Shown: positions 27,946 to 36,909 of the stretch, in pieces
Layout: the number at the start of each line of letters is the position of its first letter
Numbering within the stretch: position 1 is the stretch's first letter
Source of the DNA: Candidatus Enteromonas sp.
GTDB taxonomy: Bacteria; Bacillota_I; Bacilli_A; RFN20; CAG-826
Direction: 5' to 3'
DNA length: 64,000 nt
Assembly (NCBI GenBank): GCA_034171505.1
Contig: JAXFGC010000027.1
Span: forward strand, 15,745-79,744
Made by a program: the position numbers and the translations under genes
Notes under the pieces: model-generated
The model's input: the letters and a program-made list of their open reading frames with translations, nothing else
Told to the model about the DNA's origin: nothing
The model's database searches: none

Positions 27946-28893
27946 ATGCCGAAACAAAAGAAAACCCTGACGATCGTCATCCCTTGTTACAACGAGGTCG
28001 ATAACGTCGTCCCCTTAAGTGAAGAAATCCAGAAAGTCTGTAAGGAAAAACTTCCCAAGTATAACCTCGAAATCCTTTTCATCGACAACGACTCCCACGA
28101 TGGAACGCGGGATAAGATTCGCTTGTTATGCGAGAAGGACCCCTCCATCAAAGCCATCTTTAACGCGAAGAATTTCGGCCACATCCGTTCCCCTTATTAC
28201 GGCTTAACTCAGGCCAAAGGGGATTTGGTGATGCTCATGTGCGCCGACTTCCAAGACCCTCCCGAACTCATTCCTGAATTCGTTGCCAAATACGAAGAAG
28301 GGTACCGCGTGGTCGTCGGGGTCAAGGAAAAGAGCAAAACGAATCCGTTCGTGAATTCCATTCGGAAACTCTATTACCGGATCATCCACCGGGTTTCCGA
28401 TGTGGAACAAATTGAAAATTTCACCGGATTCGGGCTTTACGACCAAGGCTTCATCCAAGTTCTCGCCAAACTCGATGACCCTTATCCCTATATGCGGGGA
28501 ATCGTGGCCGAACTCGGATATAAGATGACCCTTCTCCCTTACGTCCAACCCGAACGTCGATTTGGGAAAACCCATAATAATTTTTCCACCCTTTACGACA
28601 TGGCGATGAACGGGATTACCTCCTATTCAAAGTTCTTTTTGCGCGCCGCGACGTTTGTCGGGGTGGGATTCGTTCTCGCGGGATTCTTGCTCCTCATCCC
28701 TTATATCGTTTTCTTAATCCTCCAATGGAACGGAGTCCATCCGAGCATTTTCTATCCGATTCTCGATGCTATTTTCATCGTCGGAGGCATCATTCTTTTC
28801 TTCCTTGGAATCCTTGGGGAATATGTCCTCCAAATCAACACGAGGGTCCTAAAACGCCCCTTCGTGATCGAAGAAGAACGCATCAACTTCTGA
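27946..28893 (+). CDS. GT2 polyprenyl-phosphate glycosyltransferase (GtrB/CsbB/DPM1-like) with two C-terminal TM helices
   Basis: LTIVIPCYNEVDNVVPL...ILFIDNDSHDGT...LMCADFQDPPELIPEF... plus a C-terminal TM pair (FVGVGFVLAGFLLLIPYIVFL / ILDAIFIVGGIILFFLGILGEY). Confidence 0.85.
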   Translation: MPKQKKTLTIVIPCYNEVDNVVPLSEEIQKVCKEKLPKYNLEILFIDNDSHDGTRDKIRLLCEKDPSIKAIFNAKNFGHIRSPYYGLTQAKGDLVMLMCADFQDPPELIPEFVAKYEEGYRVVVGVKEKSKTNPFVNSIRKLYYRIIHRVSDVEQIENFTGFGLYDQGFIQVLAKLDDPYPYMRGIVAELGYKMTLLPYVQPERRFGKTHNNFSTLYDMAMNGITSYSKFFLRAATFVGVGFVLAGFLLLIPYIVFLILQWNGVHPSIFYPILDAIFIVGGIILFFLGILGEYVLQINTRVLKRPFVIEEERINF

Positions 28894-28976
28894 CCCCTTT
28901 TGCGTACACGCGTGTTCCGCGACATGGGGAAACTAGTATATAATGATTTACGAATCGTAAAGGGCGAGACTTTCTT

Positions 28977-30305
28977 ATGGCCAACCGAGAGAAAATTCAT
29001 CAAGACATCATCGAGTATTTCCAAGAGGAATACCGAAGCAAACCTTATCAAAAAGGCGACCGCATCCGTTATGCGGGGCGCGTATTTGACGAAAGGGAAT
29101 TGATTGCCGGCGTTGATAGCGTCCTTGATTTTTGGCTGACCTCCGGCAAATACTGCGCCAAACTCGAAAAGGAACTCGCCGAGTATATCGGTGTCCATAG
29201 CGCTTTCTTGACCACTTCAGGGTCGAGCGCCAACCTCCTTGCCTTCATGGCCTTGACCTCCTCTTCTTTGGGGGAACGGAGAATCTGCAGGGGAGATGAA
29301 GTCATCACGGTCGCCGCGGGATTCCCGACGACCGTCTCCCCGATGCTTAATTTCGGGGCGGTCCCCGTATTCGTGGACGTCACCATTCCCGAATACAACA
29401 TCGACGTGAGTAAACTCGAAGAGGCCCTATCCCCCAAAACGAAGGCGGTTATGATCGCCCATACCTTGGGAAATCCCTTTGACCTAAAAGCCGTCAAAGC
29501 CTTCTGCGATAAACACCACCTTTGGTTAATCGAAGACAATTGCGATGCGCTCGGAAGCGAATTCACGATCGATGGGGTCACCAAAAAGACCGGTGCGTGG
29601 GGCGATATCGGCACCGCATCGTTTTATCCCGCCCACCACATGACCATGGGCGAAGGAGGGGCGGTATTCACCAACAACCCCTTCTTGGCCAAGACGATCT
29701 TGGCGTTCCGTGATTGGGGCAGAGACTACTCTTGCCCACCGGGGGTGGATAATTCCTGCGGCCATCGTTTCTCCGGACAATACGGGGAATTGCCTTATGG
29801 CTATGACCATAAATACGTTTACAGCGAATTCGGATACAACCTCAAAGTCACGGAGATGCAAGCCGCGATTGGTCTAGAACAACTCCATAAAGTCCCAGGG
29901 TTCGTGGAAGCGAGAAAGAAAAACTGGAAGCGTTTGACCGAGCTCTTAAGCGACCTCCAAGATCGTTTGATTTTGCCTCGCCCCACCCCTGGAAGCGACC
30001 CAAGTTGGTTTGGCTATGTCATTACCTGCAAAGAAGGGGTGAGCCGAAACGCCCTTACGACGTTCTTGGAGAAGCGCCTCATTCAAACCCGAAACCTTTT
30101 CGCGGGGAACTTGCTCCGCCACCCTTGCTTTGACGAAATGCGGGAAAGCGGCGCGGGGTACCGCGTCGTTGGGGACCTCAAGAATACCGACACCATCATG
30201 AATTCCACGTTCTGGATTGGCGTTTATCCCGGCATGAGCGATGAAATGCTTTGCGATATGTCGGAAGCCATCCACGATTTCTTTGCCAAGGAGGATCGTC
30301 AATGA
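28977..30305 (+). CDS. rfbH: CDP-4-keto-6-deoxy-D-glucose 3-dehydrase-like protein (RfbH/DdhC family, DegT superfamily)
   Basis: ...RYAGRVFDERELIAGVDSVLDFWLTSGKYCAKLEKELAEYIGVHSAFLTTSGSSANLLAF... and ...GYNLKVTEMQAAIGLEQL. The RfbH-type N-terminus and 442-aa length fit. Sits next to rfbF and rfbG. Confidence 0.8.
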   Translation: MANREKIHQDIIEYFQEEYRSKPYQKGDRIRYAGRVFDERELIAGVDSVLDFWLTSGKYCAKLEKELAEYIGVHSAFLTTSGSSANLLAFMALTSSSLGERRICRGDEVITVAAGFPTTVSPMLNFGAVPVFVDVTIPEYNIDVSKLEEALSPKTKAVMIAHTLGNPFDLKAVKAFCDKHHLWLIEDNCDALGSEFTIDGVTKKTGAWGDIGTASFYPAHHMTMGEGGAVFTNNPFLAKTILAFRDWGRDYSCPPGVDNSCGHRFSGQYGELPYGYDHKYVYSEFGYNLKVTEMQAAIGLEQLHKVPGFVEARKKNWKRLTELLSDLQDRLILPRPTPGSDPSWFGYVITCKEGVSRNALTTFLEKRLIQTRNLFAGNLLRHPCFDEMRESGAGYRVVGDLKNTDTIMNSTFWIGVYPGMSDEMLCDMSEAIHDFFAKEDRQ

Positions 30306-31081
30306 AAGTATTGATTCTCGCGGGAGGCTATGGGACCCGCATTTCCGAAGAAAGCCAATACAAACCCAAGCCCATGATCGAAATCGGGGGAATGCCGATT
30401 CTTTGGCACATCATGAAGACCTACTCCAAATATGGATTCAACGAATTCGTCATTCTCGGGGGATACCGTCAATACATCATTAAGGAATACTTCAAGAACT
30501 ATTTCTTGCACCATTCCGACGTCACTTTTGACATGACCTGCGACCAAATCACCATCCATAAGCAATACGCCGAACCATGGAAAGTCACCGTTCTCGACAC
30601 CGGGCTAAACACCATGACCGGAGGGCGAATCAAACGGGCGAAGGATTACATCGGGGATGAAACCTTTATGTTAACTTATGGGGATGGTTTGGCGGACGTG
30701 AACCTTCAAAAGCTCCTGGAATTCCATCAAAAAGGCCATTGTTTTTGCACGTTGACGGCCGTGTCGCTTGCTTCCACCAAAGGGGTGTTGGACCTCTCAA
30801 AGGATGGAACGGTTTCCTCCTTCCGCGAGAAGGACCACGATGAAGACGGGGCGATCATCAACGGAGGCTTCATGGTCTGCGAACCCGAGGTCCTTGATTT
30901 CATCGATGGGGATTCCACCGCGTTTGAAAAGAAACCTTTGTCCGACCTTGCCCACCAAGGCCAACTCAAAGCCTACCTCCACAAAGGGTTCTGGCATTGT
31001 ATGGACACCAAACGCGACCACGATGAACTCGAAGAACTTTGGAGAACGGGCAACGCCCCGTGGAAGGTTTGGGATGATTGA
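30302..31081 (+). CDS. rfbF: Glucose-1-phosphate cytidylyltransferase
   Basis: MKVLILAGGYGTRISEESQYKPKPMIEIGGMPILWHIMKTYSKYGFNEFVILGGY is the canonical RfbF/DdhA N-terminus. ATGA overlap with rfbH. Confidence 0.92.
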   Translation: MKVLILAGGYGTRISEESQYKPKPMIEIGGMPILWHIMKTYSKYGFNEFVILGGYRQYIIKEYFKNYFLHHSDVTFDMTCDQITIHKQYAEPWKVTVLDTGLNTMTGGRIKRAKDYIGDETFMLTYGDGLADVNLQKLLEFHQKGHCFCTLTAVSLASTKGVLDLSKDGTVSSFREKDHDEDGAIINGGFMVCEPEVLDFIDGDSTAFEKKPLSDLAHQGQLKAYLHKGFWHCMDTKRDHDELEELWRTGNAPWKVWDD

Positions 31082-32141
31082 TTTTTCGTTGCGCGCCTAC
31101 CGTGGGAAACGGGTCCTCATCACCGGCCATAGCGGATTTAAGGGTTCCTGGCTATCCGAAATCCTCCTTCTTTCGGGAGCGGAGGTTTTGGGCTACTCGC
31201 TAAATCCCCCCACCGACCCCTCCTTATTTGAACTTTTGGGGCTCGAAAAACGGATGAAATCGGTGATCGCTGATATCCGCGACTACGATTCTTTGAAGAA
31301 AACGTTCGACGAGTTCCAACCCGAGTTTGTCTTTCATTTGGCCGCCCAACCGATTGTTCGAGCCTCCTACCGCGAACCTTTGTATACCTATGAAACCAAC
31401 GTCATGGGGACTGCGAATCTCCTCGAATGCGTCCGTTTGACCCCAAGTGTTCGAAGCGTGGTCAACATCACGACCGACAAAGTCTATTTCAATCCGGATA
31501 TCCCCGGGCACGCGTTTATGGAAGACGAACCTTTGGACGGGTATGACCCCTATTCCAATTCCAAGTCCTGCTCCGAATTGGTTACCCATAGTTACAAACG
31601 TTCGTTTTTCGACCCCATCTTGCTCCCGGTGTCCACCTGTCGCGCGGGAAACGTCATCGGGGGAGGGGACTTCGCGGAAGACCGCATCATTCCCGACGCG
31701 GTTCGCGCGATTCAGAAAGGACTTTCGATTGAAGTTCGAAACCCCCATTCCACCCGTCCCTTCCAACATGTTTTGGAACCTCTCTTCGTCTATCTCCTTT
31801 TGGCCGTTGCCCAGGAAAAAGATTTCTCTTTCGCGGGATATTACAACGTTGGACCTGAGGAAGAGGATTGCCTATCTACAGGTGAATTGATGGACCGATT
31901 CTGCGAAATCTATGGGGAGGGAGCCTCTTGGATCACCCATCGTCAAGACGGACCCCATGAAGCGAATTTCCTGCGTTTGTCCACGGATAAAGTGAAACGC
32001 GTCTTCGGGTGGAAACCCCGCACCCATATCGACGAAGCCTTGATGATGGTCGCCGAATGGACCAAAGTCTATCTCGCTGGGGACACAGAAGCCCTAAAGA
32101 GAATAACCGATGAACAGATCCGGAGGTTCTTCGGTGAGTGA
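31074..32141 (+). CDS. rfbG: CDP-glucose 4,6-dehydratase
   Basis: ...GKRVLITGHSGFKGSWLSEILLLSGAEVLGYSL... and the YSNSK catalytic YxxxK. Start at ATG 31074 overlaps the rfbF stop by 8 nt. Confidence 0.9.
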   Translation: MIDFSLRAYRGKRVLITGHSGFKGSWLSEILLLSGAEVLGYSLNPPTDPSLFELLGLEKRMKSVIADIRDYDSLKKTFDEFQPEFVFHLAAQPIVRASYREPLYTYETNVMGTANLLECVRLTPSVRSVVNITTDKVYFNPDIPGHAFMEDEPLDGYDPYSNSKSCSELVTHSYKRSFFDPILLPVSTCRAGNVIGGGDFAEDRIIPDAVRAIQKGLSIEVRNPHSTRPFQHVLEPLFVYLLLAVAQEKDFSFAGYYNVGPEEEDCLSTGELMDRFCEIYGEGASWITHRQDGPHEANFLRLSTDKVKRVFGWKPRTHIDEALMMVAEWTKVYLAGDTEALKRITDEQIRRFFGE

Positions 32142-33039
32142 AGAAGTTCTCTTGACCGGTTGTACGGGAATCGTGGGGCGGAGCATCGTTCGTTCCCTTT
32201 TGGATAAAGGCTACTTTGTGACCGCCTATCTTTTGGACATCCCTTCCACCGATGCGTTCCATCAAGATTTCAAAGAAGTGAGAATCGTTCGGGGAACCTT
32301 GGATGAAATCGATCTCCATAAGGCGGAACTTGGACACCCCACCGCCGTATTTCACCTCGCTTGGGCAGGAACGACATCAACCGACCGAATGGACGAAACC
32401 CTTCAAGAGAAGAACTACCACTGGTCCATGAAAACATTGGATGTGGCGGTTTCTCTGGGAGCGAAAACCTTCCTGTTCTCGGGTTCTCAAGCGGAATACG
32501 GGAGGGTTGGAGATACCCAAGAGGAAATCGAAGATGGACCCGCGGAACCTTTCTCTGCCTACGGCAAGGAAAAGAAACATTTTGGGGAAGACGGGCAGGC
32601 TTATTCATCGCTTCATGGTATCCGTTTTGTCCATGGGCGCATCTTCTCCGTTTACGGTCCCCACGACCGCCCGAACAGCTTGATTTCTTCTCTTGCGGAA
32701 GCGGAAAGAAACGGTAAGAAGGTGATGCTTGGGCCTTGCACCCATTTATGGAACTTTACCCACGAAGACGATATCGGGGAGCTTTTTGTTGAAGCGTTAG
32801 AAAACGGAAATGCCGAAGGAATCATCAACATGGTTTCCCCGGATACCCGTCCTTTAAAGGATTTTGTCGTTTCTTCTTTTGGTGAAAAAAGTTATGAATT
32901 TGGAACGGTGAATCCGAACCCCGAAGGTTTGGTTTGCCTTCGCCCTTCCCTAACGAAAGTGAAGCGTTTGTTTCCGCTTCATCGTTTTCGGAGGTTCGAA
33001 GAGGAAATCGCGAAGATGAAAAAGGAGAAGATCCAATGA
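32110..33039 (+). CDS. NAD(P)-dependent SDR (epimerase/reductase family), candidate sugar 4-keto or branch-carbonyl reductase
   Basis: Rossmann motif LLTGCTGIVGRSIV and YGKEK (YxxxK). A GTG at 32134 is an alternative start. ATGA overlap with the next gene. Confidence 0.8.
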   Translation: MNRSGGSSVSEEVLLTGCTGIVGRSIVRSLLDKGYFVTAYLLDIPSTDAFHQDFKEVRIVRGTLDEIDLHKAELGHPTAVFHLAWAGTTSTDRMDETLQEKNYHWSMKTLDVAVSLGAKTFLFSGSQAEYGRVGDTQEEIEDGPAEPFSAYGKEKKHFGEDGQAYSSLHGIRFVHGRIFSVYGPHDRPNSLISSLAEAERNGKKVMLGPCTHLWNFTHEDDIGELFVEALENGNAEGIINMVSPDTRPLKDFVVSSFGEKSYEFGTVNPNPEGLVCLRPSLTKVKRLFPLHRFRRFEEEIAKMKKEKIQ

Positions 33040-34859
33040 AAGTTCGCGTCGCGGATTATATTGCCTCCGCCTGTGAAAAGGCGGGGATACGTACGGCGTT
33101 TTCGGTCGTCGGAGGGGGTGCGATGCACCTCAACGACGCCTTTGGCCATCATCCTGGAATCGAAGTGGTCTATCCCCATCACGAGCAAACCTGCGCGATT
33201 GCAGCGGAAGGCTATGCCCGCGTGAATAACGAAATGGCCGCGGTGGTTGTGACCACGGGCCCAGGGGGGACGAACGCCTTAACCGGTGTGGTCGGGGCCT
33301 ATGTCGACTCCGTCCCTATGGTTGTGATTTCCGGACAAGTCCGTCGCGATTCATTTTCCCTAACAACCGGACTTCCTCTCCGGGCGATGGGGGACCAAGA
33401 ATACAATATCATCCCTTCGGTCAAACCGATGACGAAATACGCGGAATGCATCCTAAAAGAAGAAGATGTCCGTTATATCGTGGAGAAAGCTCTTTATCTC
33501 GCCAACCACGGCCGAAAAGGGCCCACCTGGATTGATGTCCCCGGGGATGTCCAAAGCGCGTATATCGATCCGGAAACCCTGCGCGGTTACGACCCGAAGG
33601 AAGACGAACTCGCTTTGGGCGTAACCGAAAAGGAACTCGAGACTTTGTTTGCGAAGATGAAAAAGGCGAAACGTCCTGTCATCTACGCGGGAAGCGCGAT
33701 TCGTTTAAGCGGGGGTTACGCGGTTTTCCGTCGTTTGATTGATGTCTTGGGCATTCCTGTTGTCACCGCCTGGAACAGCACCGACGTGATACCGAACGAT
33801 CATCCTCTTTACGCCGGAAGAGCGGGAAATTTCGGCGATCGATTTGGAAACTTCGCGGTTCAAAACGCGGACTTCATCCTCTCTCTTGGTTGCCGCCTTT
33901 CCATTCGCCAAACCGGGTTCAACTATGCCTCTTGGGCAAGAGAAGCCTATGTGGCGATGGTCGACATCGATGAAGCAGAGATGAAGAAACCCACTATCCA
34001 CGTGGAACTTCCCCTTCATGACGATGTGAAGCATTTCATGGAGACGTTCCTTTCCTTTTTGCAAGGCAAAGAGCTTCCGAGTTACGCCCGTTACGTCAAA
34101 CGTTGCCAAAAATGGAAGAAAGACTATCCCGTCATTTCCAAAGAACAACGAAGCCAAACGGGGATTTGCAATGCCTACGCGGTGATGGAGATGCTCTCCG
34201 AACACGTCAAAGAGGGGACTTTGGTGGTCTCCGGGAACGGCACCGCCTGCGTAGTCGGAGGACAGGTTTTCACCACGAAAGAAGGCACCCGTTTCATCGA
34301 GAACAGCGGGATGGCGTCCATGGGTTATGACCTGCCTGCCGCGATTGGGGCAAGCCTTGCCGCAGGACGGAGAGAAGTCCTTTTGTTAACCGGAGACGGT
34401 TCCATCCAAATGAACCTCCAAGAACTCCAAACGATCGTGGGTCAGAACCTGCCCATTAAGATCGTCATCTTCAACAACGATGGATACCATTCGATTCGCC
34501 AAAGCCAATCCAATTTTTTCAAGGATCGCAAGATGGTGGGAATCGGTCCGGAATCCAAGGATTTGACCTTCCCCGACATGTCTCGCATCGCTTGGGCGTA
34601 CCGCATTCCTTATTACCGCATCCAAACCAATCGGGGGATGAAACGTTTCTTGAAGGAACAATACGATTCCATCGACTCCTATGCGATTATCGAAGTCATG
34701 ACCGACACGGTCCAATTCTTCGAACCGAAAGCGGGCTCGATGCGGCTATCCGATGGCAAGATGGTTTCCGCGCCTCTAGAAGACCTTAAGCCTTATCTAG
34801 AACGAGAGGAACTCGAAAAAGAGATGATCATCCCTTTGTTTGACGGGAAAGAAAAATGA
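33036..34859 (+). CDS. Thiamine-diphosphate-dependent enzyme of the acetolactate-synthase superfamily, YerE-like candidate
   Basis: 607 aa. N-terminal Pyr domain ...AFSVVGGGAMHLNDAF...HEQTCAIAAEGYAR...TTGPGGTNALTGV. C-terminal ThDP motif GDGSIQMNLQELQTIVGQNLPIKIVIFNNDGY (GDG...NN). RBS aaaggag. Confidence 0.8.
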   Translation: MKVRVADYIASACEKAGIRTAFSVVGGGAMHLNDAFGHHPGIEVVYPHHEQTCAIAAEGYARVNNEMAAVVVTTGPGGTNALTGVVGAYVDSVPMVVISGQVRRDSFSLTTGLPLRAMGDQEYNIIPSVKPMTKYAECILKEEDVRYIVEKALYLANHGRKGPTWIDVPGDVQSAYIDPETLRGYDPKEDELALGVTEKELETLFAKMKKAKRPVIYAGSAIRLSGGYAVFRRLIDVLGIPVVTAWNSTDVIPNDHPLYAGRAGNFGDRFGNFAVQNADFILSLGCRLSIRQTGFNYASWAREAYVAMVDIDEAEMKKPTIHVELPLHDDVKHFMETFLSFLQGKELPSYARYVKRCQKWKKDYPVISKEQRSQTGICNAYAVMEMLSEHVKEGTLVVSGNGTACVVGGQVFTTKEGTRFIENSGMASMGYDLPAAIGASLAAGRREVLLLTGDGSIQMNLQELQTIVGQNLPIKIVIFNNDGYHSIRQSQSNFFKDRKMVGIGPESKDLTFPDMSRIAWAYRIPYYRIQTNRGMKRFLKEQYDSIDSYAIIEVMTDTVQFFEPKAGSMRLSDGKMVSAPLEDLKPYLEREELEKEMIIPLFDGKEK

Positions 34860-36124
34860 AAGAAGCGGCGAAAGGATTGTCGAAAGACATTTTCTGGCAT
34901 ACGGTAGGCACGTTCGCCTATATGATCGCCCTTTGGGTGATTTCCATTCTTTCCGCGAAGTTGCTCGATTACGAATCCGCGGGGGTATTTTCCCTGTGTT
35001 TGGTCGCCTCCAACATCGCGATGTCTTTTGGCAGTTTCTATGTCCGCGTCTTTTATGCGGGGGACATCAATCATCTTTATAGCGATGCGGATTATTGGTT
35101 TTCCCGGGTTTTTACGAGCGCCGCAAGCCTGCTTGTCGCGGTGGTTTATTCCTTGGGCATGAAATATCCTCCCGATGTTTTCTGGGCGATATTCCTTTTC
35201 TATATCTATAAGATTTTTGAACTTTTCACCGAGATCCATTCGGGGGCGTTCCAACGTCATGGGAAGATGTATCTCTCGGGGATTTTGAACACCGTCAAAG
35301 GGGTGGCATCCCTTGGGGGATTTGTCCTTGGAGCGGTTCTCACCCATACCTTAATCGGAGGATTCGCCTTCATGATTGGGGTGGGATTATTGGTTTTCAT
35401 TGCCGAACTCATCCTCTTAAAATCTTCGGTGAACGTCACCTTCTCCTTGCGTGATTTTTCCATTCAACGCGTGGGGAAATTGCTCCTTCATTGCCTACCG
35501 TTCTTCGTTGTTTTGCTTTGTTCCAACGTTTTACCGTCGATCCCCAAAGCGATGTTTGAAAAGATGTATACGACCACCGAATACGGGTACTACTCTTCCA
35601 TCGCGACCATCTCGGTTCTCATCCAGACCGCGGCGGGATCGATTCTCCTTCCCGTGCTTCCGCGGATTGGGAAAGCTTACGCGGAAAAGAACTTGAAGGG
35701 GTTCTTGCTTTCCTGCGGAGGTTTGGTGGGATTCACGGTTGTTTTGGGGCTCGTCGCCTTCGTCCTTGTTTTGTTCCTTGGGGATTGGGCCTTAAGTCTT
35801 GTCTTCGACCCTTCGATTCTTCAATATTCCTCGACCTTCAAATTCACGATTATCGCGGGGACGGCGACGGGTTTGTTCGTGGTCCTAAACCAAATCCTTA
35901 TCGCGATGAACGACAAGTTCGGGGTGATTCTCGGAAGCGTGCTCGGCACCTTAACTTGTTTTGGGGTCTCGCGTTTCTTTATCCAACGTTACTACATGGA
36001 TGGGGTCTCTTTCTCCCTAATTCTATCCGTCATGGTGGAAGTGGTCATCTTCGTTTTCTTTCTAGTGATCGATTGGAAAAAAGCATTGCATTCTCCTTCT
36101 TGCAATAATGACGTAAAGGAATAA
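34856..36124 (+). CDS. MOP/Wzx-type polysaccharide (lipid-linked sugar) flippase
   Basis: 422 aa with about 12 TM helices and a Wzx-like N-terminus. ATGA overlap with the ThDP enzyme gene. Confidence 0.75.
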   Translation: MKEAAKGLSKDIFWHTVGTFAYMIALWVISILSAKLLDYESAGVFSLCLVASNIAMSFGSFYVRVFYAGDINHLYSDADYWFSRVFTSAASLLVAVVYSLGMKYPPDVFWAIFLFYIYKIFELFTEIHSGAFQRHGKMYLSGILNTVKGVASLGGFVLGAVLTHTLIGGFAFMIGVGLLVFIAELILLKSSVNVTFSLRDFSIQRVGKLLLHCLPFFVVLLCSNVLPSIPKAMFEKMYTTTEYGYYSSIATISVLIQTAAGSILLPVLPRIGKAYAEKNLKGFLLSCGGLVGFTVVLGLVAFVLVLFLGDWALSLVFDPSILQYSSTFKFTIIAGTATGLFVVLNQILIAMNDKFGVILGSVLGTLTCFGVSRFFIQRYYMDGVSFSLILSVMVEVVIFVFFLVIDWKKALHSPSCNNDVKE

Positions 36125-36134
36125 GATTTCTCCC

Positions 36135-36644
36135 ATGAAAAAGAAACTCGACGAAGTCACGAAAGTGAAATTGATTTATTCCGGGGAACTCCTCGTATTC
36201 TCGGTGGTGTTCTTGGTCCTGGGGATTTTGTTTTTGCTCGGGATCATCACGGTTGCCGACTGGAAACGTTGGGCGTTTGCCATCCTCACCTGCGGAGGCG
36301 GAGCCTATTTCATCGGCGATTTCATTTGGTGTTTGGTTTCGAAAAAGCATCGCGCGAAGGTTTCGATGCTCGACAAAGCCTTGGTCCTTCCGATGGCCAT
36401 CCCCGTCTTTGTCTTCGATATCCTCTCCTTCGTTTTTGGCTGGGTCAGCAACGAAGAAGGCATCACCTACTTCCGTTATGCCTTAGGAATCAGTTTGCTT
36501 TATTATGCGGCGGTTTATCTCTTCCAAGCTTTTTATCACTGGAAACATCCGATTCCAGGGCTCCTCGAAGGGCTGGATGAAGAAGAACCCATCTCCCCTT
36601 TGGAAGAACCCGTGCCTCCCGAAGAAGATAATCCGAATGAATGA
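36135..36644 (+). CDS. Small 4-TM membrane protein with acidic Pro/Glu C-terminal tail, unknown function
   Basis: Last gene of the glycan operon, followed by a clean terminator. No family recognised. Confidence 0.65.
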   Translation: MKKKLDEVTKVKLIYSGELLVFSVVFLVLGILFLLGIITVADWKRWAFAILTCGGGAYFIGDFIWCLVSKKHRAKVSMLDKALVLPMAIPVFVFDILSFVFGWVSNEEGITYFRYALGISLLYYAAVYLFQAFYHWKHPIPGLLEGLDEEEPISPLEEPVPPEEDNPNE

Positions 36645-36672
36645 AGACGACCCCAAAATGGGTCGTCTTTTG
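36644..36672 (+). terminator. Intrinsic terminator ending the glycan operon
   Basis: aagacgaccc-caaaat-gggtcgtctt followed by tt. Confidence 0.8.
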
Positions 36673-36757
36673 ATAAAGAAAGAATCCGTATACGCGGTTT
36701 GGCTTTTTATCGCTTTATGGTAATCTATAGGGGCTTCGGATTATGAAGCTCTGCCTG

Positions 36758-36851
36758 CTAAGAGTAGGCGTGGCGCGTTAAGTGCCTTGGGATGGGAGGT
36801 CGCCCAAGGACGAAGGGAAGTTTCCCGCGGTGCCCCGTCGCAGCCGCTTAG
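36758..36851 (+). promoter_or_regulatory. THF-I (tetrahydrofolate, folT-motif) riboswitch
   Basis: The conserved blocks of the THF riboswitch, as I recall them from the Eubacterium siraeum aptamer, appear in order: AGAGUAG, GCGCGUUAAGUG, UGGGAGGUCG, ACGAAG, GCGGUG, GCAGCCGCU. P1 is ctaag/cttag. It sits 58 nt upstream of a folT-like gene. Confidence 0.88.
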
Positions 36852-36909
36852 GGCGAAATCGTTCGGTTTTGTTTGGGCAGACCCACCTCCCAGATCAAGG
36901 AGTTTTGAG

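Noticed and set aside
30768-31073. 102-codon N-terminal extension of the rfbG ORF
   Set aside because: It lies out of frame inside rfbF. Dehydratase homology begins at ATG 31074, just before the GHSGFKGSW Rossmann motif.
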